Assembly (NCBI GenBank): GCA_965227515.1
Contig: CBDDFZ010000001.1
Span: 4,006,152-4,070,151, forward strand
Source: Alphaproteobacteria bacterium
GTDB taxonomy: Bacteria; Pseudomonadota; Alphaproteobacteria; CALKHQ01
Reading direction: 5' to 3'
DNA length: 64,000 bases
The notes under the pieces are model-generated. The model was not told where the DNA came from. It did not search any database and saw only the letters and a list, made by a program, of their open reading frames with translations. The translations under genes and the position numbers were made by a program. Positions 10,590-19,671 of the stretch are shown piece after piece (position 1 is the first letter of the stretch; each line of letters starts with the position of its first letter).

Positions 10590-10755
10590 GTCGTCCCGGC
10601 GCCTGGGTCATGCTTCTGTACGGGGTCGGCGCACGGCCGCCACCAAGATGGATATGCGAGGATCGGTCGGTCCAATCTACGGAAGCGTGCTCTCGTGCGA
10701 GGCGACATCCTGGATGGCGGCCTGACCTGATCCATCGTCCCGGCGCGGGACGGCG
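10590..10755 (-). ncRNA. Predicted IS1111-type bridge/seek guide RNA in the 3' non-coding region
   Basis: Matches to target flanks (10601-10608, 10677-10682) and IS ends (10613-10620, 10646-10651); possible closing stem CGTCCCG 10592-98 / CGGGACG 10746-52. Boundaries are approximate. Confidence 0.7.
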
Positions 10756-10827
10756 CTTGACGGGCCGGTGTCTGCGCCCGCCGAAGCTCGTGTGCTGGTT
10801 CTCCCTATGCGGCGGTCGTCTTTGCCA

Positions 10828-11871
10828 TTAGGCCGCTGCCATCGCCGGGCGCACCGGTCCGGCATGGTTGAACGCGGTGCCGTCAACCCACATCCGGTGC
10901 ATGATCACGGCCAGCCGGCGCGCCAGCGCGACCTTCGCCTTCCTCATGCCGGCTCGCCTGGCCAGCTTCATCGCCCAGCTCTTCAACCACCCGCCCTTGA
11001 TCGGCCGGGTCAGGATTACGTGCGCCGCCTCGTAAAGCGCTGCACGCACGTCCGCATCGCCCACCTTCGAGATCCGCCCCGTCATCTCGCTCTCGCCCGA
11101 CTGGCGCTTGGTCGGCGTCAGGCCGAAGTGCGCCCCCACCAGGCGCGACGAGGCAAACCGCCCGGGGTCGTCCACTCCCGACAAGTAGGTCAGTCCGACA
11201 ATGCTCCCCACGCCCGGCACCGTCATCAGCAGGCGAGCGCGATCGTCCGCCTGCGATGCCGCTCGGACCTGCCGGTCCAGCGCCGTGAACGATAGCAACA
11301 GGCCATCGCGTGCCGACAGCAGCGCCCCCGCCACCGCCTCCAGTACCGGATGCCCCGCCACAAGCTCCGAAATACGTGTCGAAAAGCTGCGCCTGGTGGT
11401 GTGCCCTACCTTCAGCCCGAAGTTCCGCAGCTGACCACGAAGGTGCATCTCAAGATCGTGCAGCTTCGCGCGGAGCTGGTCGCGACCCTTCAAAAGGGCC
11501 CGCATCTCCTGGGCCGCCAAAGACTTGCAGTGAACCGGCCGAAACCAGCCCACACGCATCAGCTGAGCAATCCCGCGTGCGTCCGAGCGGTCCGACTTCA
11601 CCGGCATCGTCGAAAGGGCTCGCGCAACATGACGCGTCTCCAGCAACTCAACCGAAAGACCGCCCTCGCTACATCCCCGCACAAGCCATTGCGACAACGG
11701 CCCCGCCTCAAGACCAATCCGCTCAACCGAAATCCCCAAAGACCCAAACCACAACAACAAACCCGCCGGCGTGCTCGCAATACGAGCCTCGCAGACAATC
11801 CCGCCCGCGCCGTCAACAACGCACACCGATGACCATTCCAAAGAAACGTCAATCCCGGCATAGTAGTTCAT
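10828..11871 (-). CDS. IS110-family transposase/recombinase
   Basis: GIDVS, GLEAG, KSDRSDA (DEDD RuvC-like); PGVG, GLTP..RQSG (catalytic Ser), ARRLA; GAGGAG RBS before ATG 11871. Confidence 0.95.
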   Translation of the reverse strand: MNYYAGIDVSLEWSSVCVVDGAGGIVCEARIASTPAGLLLWFGSLGISVERIGLEAGPLSQWLVRGCSEGGLSVELLETRHVARALSTMPVKSDRSDARGIAQLMRVGWFRPVHCKSLAAQEMRALLKGRDQLRAKLHDLEMHLRGQLRNFGLKVGHTTRRSFSTRISELVAGHPVLEAVAGALLSARDGLLLSFTALDRQVRAASQADDRARLLMTVPGVGSIVGLTYLSGVDDPGRFASSRLVGAHFGLTPTKRQSGESEMTGRISKVGDADVRAALYEAAHVILTRPIKGGWLKSWAMKLARRAGMRKAKVALARRLAVIMHRMWVDGTAFNHAGPVRPAMAAA

Positions 11872-12024
11872 GGTCGTCTCTCCTCGATGTCTTGGAGCGG
11901 CAAACCCGACTCCGTGTATGACACCGACATCTTGAGGGACGACCACTCATGCACGCCACCAAACAAGGGCCGTTAGCCCATCTACGATGCCCAGCGCTTG
12001 TCGCCGCGAAATTCACACTTCTCA

Positions 12025-12293
12025 CCAACACACAATCGTCATCCTCGCCCTTGTGGCGAGGATCCATTTATGTCCAAAGTATCAATGGTTTAGGGGATTT
12101 GCACCGGCCGAGGGCGATCGACTGATTGTCAATGTGCCGCGCAGGCGATGCGCACACTAGGCTCGTTTCGAGACCTTGCGCATGAATGGGTCCTCGCCAC
12201 AAGGGCGAGGACGACAGCTTCTTTTTTGTCTTAGCGCGTAGCCTGGGCGGAACGAAGTGGAACCCGGGTTTCGCTACGCTCCACCCAGGCTAC
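12025..12293 (+). repeat. Copy 2 of composite REP unit (REPIN-like 12038-12215 plus intact GTAG REP doublet ending GGCTAC)
   Basis: Direct repeat of 10288-10554 at offset 1737 with few substitutions. Confidence 0.9.
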
Positions 12294-12305
12294 GGTGCTG
12301 GTTTA

Positions 12306-12335
12306 CCCTCTCCCAGCGGTACGCTCGGGAGAGGG
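12306..12335. terminator. Hairpin CCCTCTCCC...GGGAGAGGG just downstream of nrdA
   Basis: Perfect 9-bp inverted repeat; no clear U-tract, so it may be a repeat remnant instead. Confidence 0.4.
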
Positions 12336-12360
12336 AGAGGAGTTCGTTTTCGCGGGACGC

Positions 12361-14439
12361 CTACTGGCAGCTCAGGCATTCCTCGTAGTTGCGCGGCTCG
12401 ACGGGATCGGCCTTTTCCGAGGGCGTGAGCGCGATGGTCTCCGCCCGCTCGGCGCGCTGCATCGACTTCGAGCGCAGGTAGTAGAGGCTCTTCACGCCCT
12501 TCTTCCAGGCCTGGAAGTGCAACTGGTGCAGGTCGCGCTTGTGGATGTCGGCCGGCAGGAAGATGTTCAGCGACTGCGACTGGCTGATATGCGGCTGGCG
12601 GTCGGCGGCATGCTCGATCAGCCACATCTGGTCGAGCTCGAAGGCGGTCTTGTAGACGTCCTTCTCGTGCTGGGTCAGGAAGTCCAGGTGCTGGACCGAG
12701 CCTTCGTTGGTGACGATGGACGACCACACCTCGTCGGTGTTCTGGCCCTTCTCCTCCAACAGCGCCTCAAGCGTCTTGTTGCGCACGCTGAACGAGCCCG
12801 ACAGCGTCTTGTGGGTGTAGGCATTGGCCGCGATCGGCTCGATACCCGGCGAGGTGCCGCCGCAGATGATCGAGATCGAGGCGGTCGGCGCGATCGCCAT
12901 CTTGTTGGAGAACCGCTCCTTGATGCCGTAGTCGGCGGCATCCGGGCAGGCGCCGCGCTCGTCCGCCAGCACTTCGGAGGCGGCGTCCACCTTGGTCTGG
13001 ATGTTCTTGAAGATGCGCTTGTTCCACACCTGCGCCATCACCGATTCCATCGGAATGTCGCGAGCCTGCAGGAAGCTGTGGAAGCCCATGACGCCGAGGC
13101 CGACCGAGCGCTCGCGCATGGCGGAGTACTTGGCGCGGCTCATGGAGTCGGCAGGCGCGTTATCGATGAAGTCCTGCAGCACGTTGTCCAGGAAGCGCAT
13201 GACGTCCTCGACCATCGTCGGATGGTCGTGCCACTCGTCGTAGCGCTCCAGGTTCAGCGACGACAGGCAGCACACGGCGGTGCGCTGCTGCCCGTCCGGG
13301 TCCAGCCCGGTCGGCAGCGTGATCTCGCTGCACAGGTTCGACATTTTCACCGGCATGCCGGCCAGCTTGTGATGCTCCGGGATCGCCCGGTTCACCGTGT
13401 CGCCGTAGATGATGTACGGCTCGCCGGTTTCGATCCGCGAGGTCAGGATGCGGATCCAGATCGAGCGCGCCTTGATGGTGCGGATGATCGTGTTGTCCTT
13501 CGGGCTGACCAGCGCCCAGTCCTCGTCGTTCTCCACCGCGCGCATGAACTCGTCGGTGATGACGACGCCATTGTGCAGGTTCAGCGCCTTGCGGTTGGGG
13601 TCGCCGCCGGTGGGCCGGCGGATTTCGACGAACTCCTCGATCTCGGGATGGGAGATCGGCAGGTAGACGGCAGCCGAGCCGCGGCGCAGCGAACCCTGGC
13701 TGATCGCCAGCGTCAGCGAATCCATCACCCGGATGAACGGCACCACGCCGGAGGTCTTGCCGTTGCGGCCGACGGTCTCGCCGATGGAGCGCAGATTGCC
13801 CCAGTACGAGCCGATGCCGCCGCCGCGCGCCGCCAGCCAGACGTTCTCGTTCCACAGGTCGACGATGCCTTCCAGGCTGTCGGACGCCTCGTTCAGGAAG
13901 CACGAGATCGGCAGGCCGCGCTTGGTGCCGCCGTTCGACAGCACCGGCGTCGCCGGCATGAACCAGAGCTTGGAGATGTAGTCGTAGATGCGCTGGGCGT
14001 GCGCGCTGTCGTCGGCGAAGTGGGTGGCCACCCGCGCGAACAGGTCCTGGAAGCTCTCGCCCGGCATCAGGTAGCGGTCCTGCAAGGTCTCCTTGCCGAA
14101 CACGGTCAGCAGGGCGTCGCGGCTTCGGTCCAGGCGCACACGGATGCCGCGCTCGTTCTGGAACACGTCCAGCACGGTCTCGTCGGCATGCGGTTCGCTC
14201 GCGGGGGTCTGAAAGTCCAGCACCTGACCATTCTCTTTCGACTGCGGGCCAGCGTCGACATCTGATTTGGCGACACCCGATTTGGCGGCCCTAGCTTCGC
14301 CATTCTTCAGCGACGCCCGTTCGCCCCCCGAACGGTACGGCACAGCACCATTCTTCGCCACCTCGCCGTTTACACCCGGCGCCGCACCGGCTTCGTCACC
14401 GGATGCACGCGAATGCTGAACCGCAACCGCACCGTCCAT
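12361..14439 (-). CDS. nrdA: Ribonucleoside-diphosphate reductase class Ia alpha subunit
   Basis: ATPVLSN, PISCF, SNLCSEI (thiyl Cys), AIAPTAS, KSLYY, C-terminal CLSCQ; start chosen at ATG 14439 (GGAG RBS). Confidence 0.95.
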   Translation of the reverse strand: MDGAVAVQHSRASGDEAGAAPGVNGEVAKNGAVPYRSGGERASLKNGEARAAKSGVAKSDVDAGPQSKENGQVLDFQTPASEPHADETVLDVFQNERGIRVRLDRSRDALLTVFGKETLQDRYLMPGESFQDLFARVATHFADDSAHAQRIYDYISKLWFMPATPVLSNGGTKRGLPISCFLNEASDSLEGIVDLWNENVWLAARGGGIGSYWGNLRSIGETVGRNGKTSGVVPFIRVMDSLTLAISQGSLRRGSAAVYLPISHPEIEEFVEIRRPTGGDPNRKALNLHNGVVITDEFMRAVENDEDWALVSPKDNTIIRTIKARSIWIRILTSRIETGEPYIIYGDTVNRAIPEHHKLAGMPVKMSNLCSEITLPTGLDPDGQQRTAVCCLSSLNLERYDEWHDHPTMVEDVMRFLDNVLQDFIDNAPADSMSRAKYSAMRERSVGLGVMGFHSFLQARDIPMESVMAQVWNKRIFKNIQTKVDAASEVLADERGACPDAADYGIKERFSNKMAIAPTASISIICGGTSPGIEPIAANAYTHKTLSGSFSVRNKTLEALLEEKGQNTDEVWSSIVTNEGSVQHLDFLTQHEKDVYKTAFELDQMWLIEHAADRQPHISQSQSLNIFLPADIHKRDLHQLHFQAWKKGVKSLYYLRSKSMQRAERAETIALTPSEKADPVEPRNYEECLSCQ

Positions 14440-14466
14440 ATCGATCTCCAGCCCCTGTCCCGAGGA

Positions 14467-14513
14467 CATCAAGATGTAGCGTCAAGAGACCAGAACGATA
14501 CCAAATGTGGCGA
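14467..14513. promoter_or_regulatory. Tandem NrdR boxes
   Basis: CAAGATGTAG (14470-79) and CCAAATGTGG (14501-10) fit the CwAnATnTwG core with at most two mismatches, 31 bp apart, just upstream of nrdA. Confidence 0.7.
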
Positions 14514-14951
14514 ATATGTGAAAAGCGCTGAAAGGTTAACGCGGCGAATTTTTCTCCATCCAGTTCATGAGGCATTTCCGGTAATACACTGAAATAAATG
14601 GAGAATTCGACTTGGACATTTCTCCACGATCAGCCGATTTGTGGCGTCGCGGCAACACCGCAAGCCCTTGAACACCCTCCCAACGCCCTTCCGGATAGTC
14701 TACATATCGGTCCACGAGTGTAAACAAATATCGAACATATCCATATGTCGTGGTCGGGCCGCCAGACGGCGCGATGGCCCATCTTCGGTGCGCGGGTCGC
14801 CGCGAAGCCCGGAATTCCCCCACCGACTCCAGCGCGGCGCGAGTCGTCCCGCACAGACTCGATATTGGGCTCGATATAGGGCGATTCTCGCCCCGGAGTC
14901 GGCGCCGCGAAACCGCCCGATATTGACGGCTTGCCTGGCACCACCTAGATC

Positions 14952-15518
14952 ATGGCGGCCATGGCAAAGCTTCCGATCATCTCCGCCCCCGACCCCCGTC
15001 TCAAAGGCGTTGCGACCCCCGTCGACACGGTGGACGACGACGTGCGCCAACTGATGGACGACATGCTGGAGACCATGTACGCCGCCCCCGGCATCGGGCT
15101 CGCCGCGCCGCAGGTCGGCGTGTCGAAGCGCATCATCGTCGTCGACATCACCGACCCGGCGGACGGCCCGAAGAACCCGGCGCTGCAGATGGTGAACCCG
15201 GAAGTCGTGACCGCGTCCGACGACACCAACGACCATGAGGAAGGCTGCCTGTCGCTGCCGAACCAGTTCGGCACCGTCACCCGGCCGGCCGCGGTCACCG
15301 TGCGCTACATCGACCGCGACGGCGAGGAGCGGACCATCGAGGCCGACGGCATGCTGGCGACGTGCATCCAGCACGAGATCGACCACCTGGATGGCCTGTT
15401 GTTCGTCGACCATATGTCGTCGCTGAAGCGCGGCATGATCCTGCGCAAGCTGACCAAGATGAAGCGGACAGGCGACCTGCCTGATTACGCCGAAGAACAG
15501 CACTCGCGCGTCGCCTGA
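14952..15518 (+). CDS. def: Peptide deformylase
   Basis: GIGLAAPQVG, EGCLS, QHEIDHLDG. Confidence 0.97.
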   Translation: MAAMAKLPIISAPDPRLKGVATPVDTVDDDVRQLMDDMLETMYAAPGIGLAAPQVGVSKRIIVVDITDPADGPKNPALQMVNPEVVTASDDTNDHEEGCLSLPNQFGTVTRPAAVTVRYIDRDGEERTIEADGMLATCIQHEIDHLDGLLFVDHMSSLKRGMILRKLTKMKRTGDLPDYAEEQHSRVA

Positions 15519-15542
15519 CCGGCGCCCGCCAGGCTGATCCCC

Positions 15543-16523
15543 ATGAGCGCCCCCGCACCGGAACGCGTGCCGCCCGAAGCCCGCGACCGCACGCTGCGGA
15601 TCGTCTTCATGGGCACGCCCGACTTCGCCGCGGTGTCGCTGCAGCGGTTGCTTGACGCCGGCCACCAGATCGCCTGCGTCTACACCCAGCCGCCGCGCGC
15701 CGCCGGCCGCGGACAAAAGCCCCGCCCATCGCCGGTGCAGCGGGTGGCGGAGTCGGCCGGGCTGACTGTGCGCACGCCGACCTCCCTGAAGGGCGAGGAG
15801 GAGCGCGCCGCGCTCGCTGCCTTCGAGGCCGATCTTGCCGTGGTCGCGGCCTATGGCCTGCTGCTGCCGCAATCGATCCTGGACGTGCCGGCGCTCGGCT
15901 GCGTCAACGTGCATGCGTCCCTGCTGCCACGCTGGCGGGGTGCCGCGCCGATCCAGCGCGCCATCGAGGCCGGCGACTCCAAGACCGGCGTCACCATCAT
16001 GCAAATGGATGCCGGCCTGGACACCGGGCCGATGCTGCTGGCCGTCGAGATGCCGATGCCCGAGCGGGTGACCGGCGGCGAGCTGCACGACCTGCTGGCC
16101 GACATCGGCGCCGAGGCCCTGCTCGCCGCCATCGACGACCTTGCCGCCGGCACCGCGACACCGGTGCCGCAGCCCGCCGAGGGCGCCACCTACGCGGCCA
16201 AGCTGGACAAGGCGGAGGCGGCCATCGACTGGCAGCGCCCCGCCGCCGAACTCGACCGGCGCATCCGCGCCTTCACGCCCTGGCCCGGCGCGCATTGCAC
16301 CCTGGATGGCGTCCGGCTGAAGGTGCTGGCCGCATCGCCCGCCGCAGACACGGCAGCGGCAGAAAGCGCCGCGCCCGGCACAGTCGTCGCCGTGCCGTGC
16401 GTGGTCGCCACCGGGGCCGGCGCGTTGGCGTTGGAGCGTGTACAGGCCGCCGGCAAGGCGGCGCTGGCCATCGAGGACTTCGTGCGCGGCCGCCCGATCC
16501 CCATCGGAACATGCTTGAAGTAG
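15543..16523 (+). CDS. fmt: Methionyl-tRNA formyltransferase
   Basis: IVFMGTPDFA, NVHASLLPRWRGAAPIQRAI, MDAGLDTG. Confidence 0.97.
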   Translation: MSAPAPERVPPEARDRTLRIVFMGTPDFAAVSLQRLLDAGHQIACVYTQPPRAAGRGQKPRPSPVQRVAESAGLTVRTPTSLKGEEERAALAAFEADLAVVAAYGLLLPQSILDVPALGCVNVHASLLPRWRGAAPIQRAIEAGDSKTGVTIMQMDAGLDTGPMLLAVEMPMPERVTGGELHDLLADIGAEALLAAIDDLAAGTATPVPQPAEGATYAAKLDKAEAAIDWQRPAAELDRRIRAFTPWPGAHCTLDGVRLKVLAASPAADTAAAESAAPGTVVAVPCVVATGAGALALERVQAAGKAALAIEDFVRGRPIPIGTCLK

Positions 16524-16549
16524 GCGGCAGACAGCTTTAGGCCCGGCCC

Positions 16550-17293
16550 ATGCGCCGACTGAAACTCACCATAGAATATGACGGCACCGGCCTGGTCGGC
16601 TGGCAACGCCAGGACAACGGGCCCTCGGTCCAGGCAGCCCTGGAGGCCGCCATCCACGCCTACAGCGGCGAGACCGTGCTGGTGCAGGGTGCGGGCCGCA
16701 CCGATGCCGGCGTCCATGCGCTGGGCCAGGTCGCCCATATCGACCTCGCCCGCCCCGATCCGCCCGACAAGGTGCGCGCCGCCGTCAACGCCCACCTGGC
16801 CGGCAGCGCCATCGCGGTGCTGGAGGTGGCCGAGGCGGCAGACGACTTCAATGCGCGCTTCGATGCCACCGGCCGCCGCTATCTCTATCGCATCCTCAAC
16901 CGCCGCCCGCCGCCGACCCTGGACCGCGACCGGGTCTGGCACGTCAGCCGCCCGCTTGACGCCGCCGCCATGCACGAGGCGGCTCAGCACCTGGTCGGCC
17001 ACCACGACTTCACCAGCTTCCGTGCCGCCGAGTGCCAGGCCAAGTCGCCGGTGAAGACGCTCGACCGACTGTCCGTGACCCGGCGCGGTACGGAAATCGA
17101 GGTGGAGGCGGCGGCACGCTCGTTCCTGCACCATCAGGTCCGCAACATCGTCGGCACCCTGAAGCGGGTCGGCGAAGGCGCGTGGCCGCCGGACAAGCTG
17201 GCCGCGATCCTGGACGCACGCGACCGGGCCGCCGCCGGGCCGACCGCGCCGGCCTGCGGGCTCTATCTGGTCGAGGTGCGCTACGACGGCTGA
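16550..17293 (+). CDS. truA: tRNA pseudouridine(38-40) synthase
   Basis: [26 protein letters not shown]. Confidence 0.96.
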   Translation: MRRLKLTIEYDGTGLVGWQRQDNGPSVQAALEAAIHAYSGETVLVQGAGRTDAGVHALGQVAHIDLARPDPPDKVRAAVNAHLAGSAIAVLEVAEAADDFNARFDATGRRYLYRILNRRPPPTLDRDRVWHVSRPLDAAAMHEAAQHLVGHHDFTSFRAAECQAKSPVKTLDRLSVTRRGTEIEVEAAARSFLHHQVRNIVGTLKRVGEGAWPPDKLAAILDARDRAAAGPTAPACGLYLVEVRYDG

Positions 17294-17521
17294 AAATACC
17301 GCCCAGGAATCGCCCACAAGTCGCCTGCAAATCGGCGGCACGCCGGCGCGTCATTGCCGCACCTGCTCCCCACCTGACCCATCACACTGGCCCGCGCCTT
17401 GTTGCGGCCCTATCATGGCCACGCATACAGGCATCGCGCAGGGCGACAGACCGATGTCGCCTTGACGGTAGCCCTGTGGCATGTTGGGTTGCCGACTCGC
17501 GCGAATTTGCAGATCAAGCTT

Positions 17522-18760
17522 ATGACTGACGAAAGACTGGCGCAGGACAGCCGGAATAGTGCCGGCATGTCGACCTTGCTCATCACCTCGCTGCTGATCG
17601 CGGCTGTGTCGGTGACGATGCTGGCGACCGAACTGACGATTCCGTCCAACCCGTCGCTGCCTGAATTCTTCGGAGTCTCCGAGGCCGCCATCATGGTCAG
17701 CATGGTGCTGAACCTGCTTGGCTATGCCGTGGCACCCCCGATCCTGGGCTCGCTGTCGGACCGGTTCGGCCGGCGGCCGATCCTGCTCATCTGCCTGTTC
17801 GTGTTCGCCGCCGCCAGTGCGCTGGCCGCGATCGCCTGGACGGTGGAGATCTTCATCGTGGCGCGCATGCTGCAGGGCCTTGCCGGCGCGGCGGCTCCGG
17901 TCATCGGCATGGCCGTGGTGCGCGACCTGTTCGACGAGAAGAACAGTGTGCGCGTGATCGCGGTGGTCTCGATGTCGATCGCGCTGGTGCCCGCACTTGG
18001 CCCGGCCATCGGCGGCTACATCCACAATCTGGCGGGCTGGCAGGCCAACTATGCAGCTCTGGCGGTGGCCGGCCTTGTTGTCGTGATGCTGCTGGCGTGG
18101 CGCCTGCGCGAGACCATCGACCACTACGACCACAAGGCGCTGACCCTGAAGCGGTTCTCCGCCAAGTACGGCCAGTTGCTGCGCCATCGCGACTATATCT
18201 GCTACGCGCTGCTGCCGACCTGCGGGTTCGCCGGCATGTCCGCCTTCGTCGCCGGCGGGCCGTTCTATCTGATCGACGTCATCGGCATGACCGAGGTCGA
18301 GTACGGCCTGATCCAGGCCGCCCTGGTGGTTTGCTACGTGATCGGCGCGCTGACCGCCAAGGTCGGGATCGAGCGGATCGGGTTCGAGCGCACCCACCTG
18401 ATCGGCATCTTCCTGTTCGCGCTGGGCGGTATAGGCGAGTTGCTGCTGATGACCCAGACGGCGCCGTCGGCCCTGATGTTCACCATCCCGATGGCGATCT
18501 TCATCTGCGGCATGGGCGTGATCTTCGCGACCGCGCCGGCACGTGCGCTGACGCTGATTCCCGGCCTCACCGGCACCGCATCGGCGATGCTGACGACCCT
18601 GGAGATGCTGGGCGGTGCCACCGCCGTGGTCGCCGTCAGCTACCTCTACGACGGGACGGCAGGCGCCATTTCGGTGGTCATCGCGATCAGCGCGCTGGCG
18701 GCGGTGGGCGTGCAGGCGCTGCTCAGCTACGGCGCCGCGACCCGCGGCGGCTCGGCGTAG
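17522..18760 (+). CDS. MFS multidrug efflux transporter, Bcr/CflA family
   Basis: About 12 hydrophobic segments; GSLSDRFGRRP motif A; ARMLQG; GPAIGG. Start is uncertain. Confidence 0.88.
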   Translation: MTDERLAQDSRNSAGMSTLLITSLLIAAVSVTMLATELTIPSNPSLPEFFGVSEAAIMVSMVLNLLGYAVAPPILGSLSDRFGRRPILLICLFVFAAASALAAIAWTVEIFIVARMLQGLAGAAAPVIGMAVVRDLFDEKNSVRVIAVVSMSIALVPALGPAIGGYIHNLAGWQANYAALAVAGLVVVMLLAWRLRETIDHYDHKALTLKRFSAKYGQLLRHRDYICYALLPTCGFAGMSAFVAGGPFYLIDVIGMTEVEYGLIQAALVVCYVIGALTAKVGIERIGFERTHLIGIFLFALGGIGELLLMTQTAPSALMFTIPMAIFICGMGVIFATAPARALTLIPGLTGTASAMLTTLEMLGGATAVVAVSYLYDGTAGAISVVIAISALAAVGVQALLSYGAATRGGSA

Positions 18761-18839
18761 ATTACCCGACCCAGGTAGTCCAGCGGCATGCGCACATCCG
18801 GCAACGGTGTCGCTCGATCCCCGCAACAAGAAAAGATAT

Positions 18840-19071
18840 GTCGTCCTCGCCCTTGTGGCGAGGACCCATGGACATGCAGGGATCGAGCCGCCCCTGATGT
18901 GTAACATCCTGCCGGTGCATCGTACGGCGATTGACTGCCACTGACACCGCGCCTTCACCGCAAGTATTTGAAATTCGGGACATAAATGGATCCTCGGGAC
19001 AAGCCCGAGGATGACAATAGTGTGCTATTGAGGAGCGCAACCCGGGTTCTGCTGCGCGCCACCCGGGCTAC
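18840..19071 (-). repeat. Diverged inverted third copy of the REPIN-like element (18840-19015) plus partial GTAG REP
   Basis: GTCGTCCTCGCCCTTGTGGCGAGGACCCA ... GGACATAAATGGATCCTCGGGACAAGCCCGAGGATGAC, followed by ...CCACCCGGGCTAC. Confidence 0.8.
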
Positions 19072-19098
19072 AAGTTTCCGATCCTGATCTAAATCGCC

Positions 19099-19668
19099 CT
19101 ATGCCACCATCAGCGCGACCGCGGTATCGAGCACCACCTTCAGCAGGAAGGCGATGCCGACCGGCGCGAACGCCGCCAGCCGCGACAGCTCCAGCGCGAC
19201 CCGGCTGACGTACCAGACCATCGCGATGGTGGCGATCGTCACCACCAGCGACAGCGTCTCCACCATCACCCCGGGCAGGATGCCAAGACCGTCGATCAGC
19301 CCGATTGCCAGCACCAGGCCGGCAATCGGCACGTCGGTCCAGTTCAGCGCCACGGCGCCGCGAAAGAACAGCCGCGACCGCCCGACGACCTGGCAGTAGT
19401 GGTAGAGGATGAGTTGGAAGGCCAGCCAGTGCACCGCGAAGGCGATCACCTCGACCAGGACGATCCGCTCCGACGAGGCGCTGACCGCGACCTGCTCGTA
19501 GGCCTGGATCGTGAAATAGGCATAGACCGGCGCCACGATCAGTGCTGCCGCCAGCGAATTCCAGAAGCCCTGCAGCGTCGCGTTGAAGTGGTGCACGGCG
19601 CGCGCGTCGCCGGTGACAAGCCGCACCGCCGCGCGAACCGAGATCGAGATTTCCTGGCCGGAGACCAA
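19099..19668 (-). CDS. Conserved hypothetical membrane protein
   Basis: Several TM segments; GFWNSLAAALIVAP motif; directly downstream of dapE. Confidence 0.7.
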   Translation of the reverse strand: MVSGQEISISVRAAVRLVTGDARAVHHFNATLQGFWNSLAAALIVAPVYAYFTIQAYEQVAVSASSERIVLVEVIAFAVHWLAFQLILYHYCQVVGRSRLFFRGAVALNWTDVPIAGLVLAIGLIDGLGILPGVMVETLSLVVTIATIAMVWYVSRVALELSRLAAFAPVGIAFLLKVVLDTAVALMVA

Positions 19669-19671
19669 GGC

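Larger units (their letters stand above)
10555..11983 (-). mobile_element. IS110-family insertion sequence, IS1111 subgroup, ~1.43 kb
   Basis: DEDD transposase; imperfect subterminal IRs TAACGGGCCATTGTTGG (10559-10575) and CCAAACAAGGGCCGTTA (11959-11975); CT at both junctions (10553-54, 11982-83); removing it restores the REP end CCACCCAGG-CT-ACG. Confidence 0.9.

Noticed and set aside
10331-10735. Small ORFs over the REP units and IS non-coding end (MGPRHKGEDD-type peptides, also near 12186 and 18.8 kb)
   Set aside because: These are translations of repeat DNA, not supported genes.
10288-12291. The 267-bp direct repeats as a target-site duplication or composite transposon ends
   Set aside because: The IS boundaries are defined by subterminal IRs and the CT core; the repeats differ by substitutions and are separated from the IS by a 41-bp spacer on one side, so they pre-date the insertion.
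10288-12293. CRISPR array
   Set aside because: The palindromes alternate in orientation, the intervening sequences are duplicated rather than unique, and there are no cas genes.
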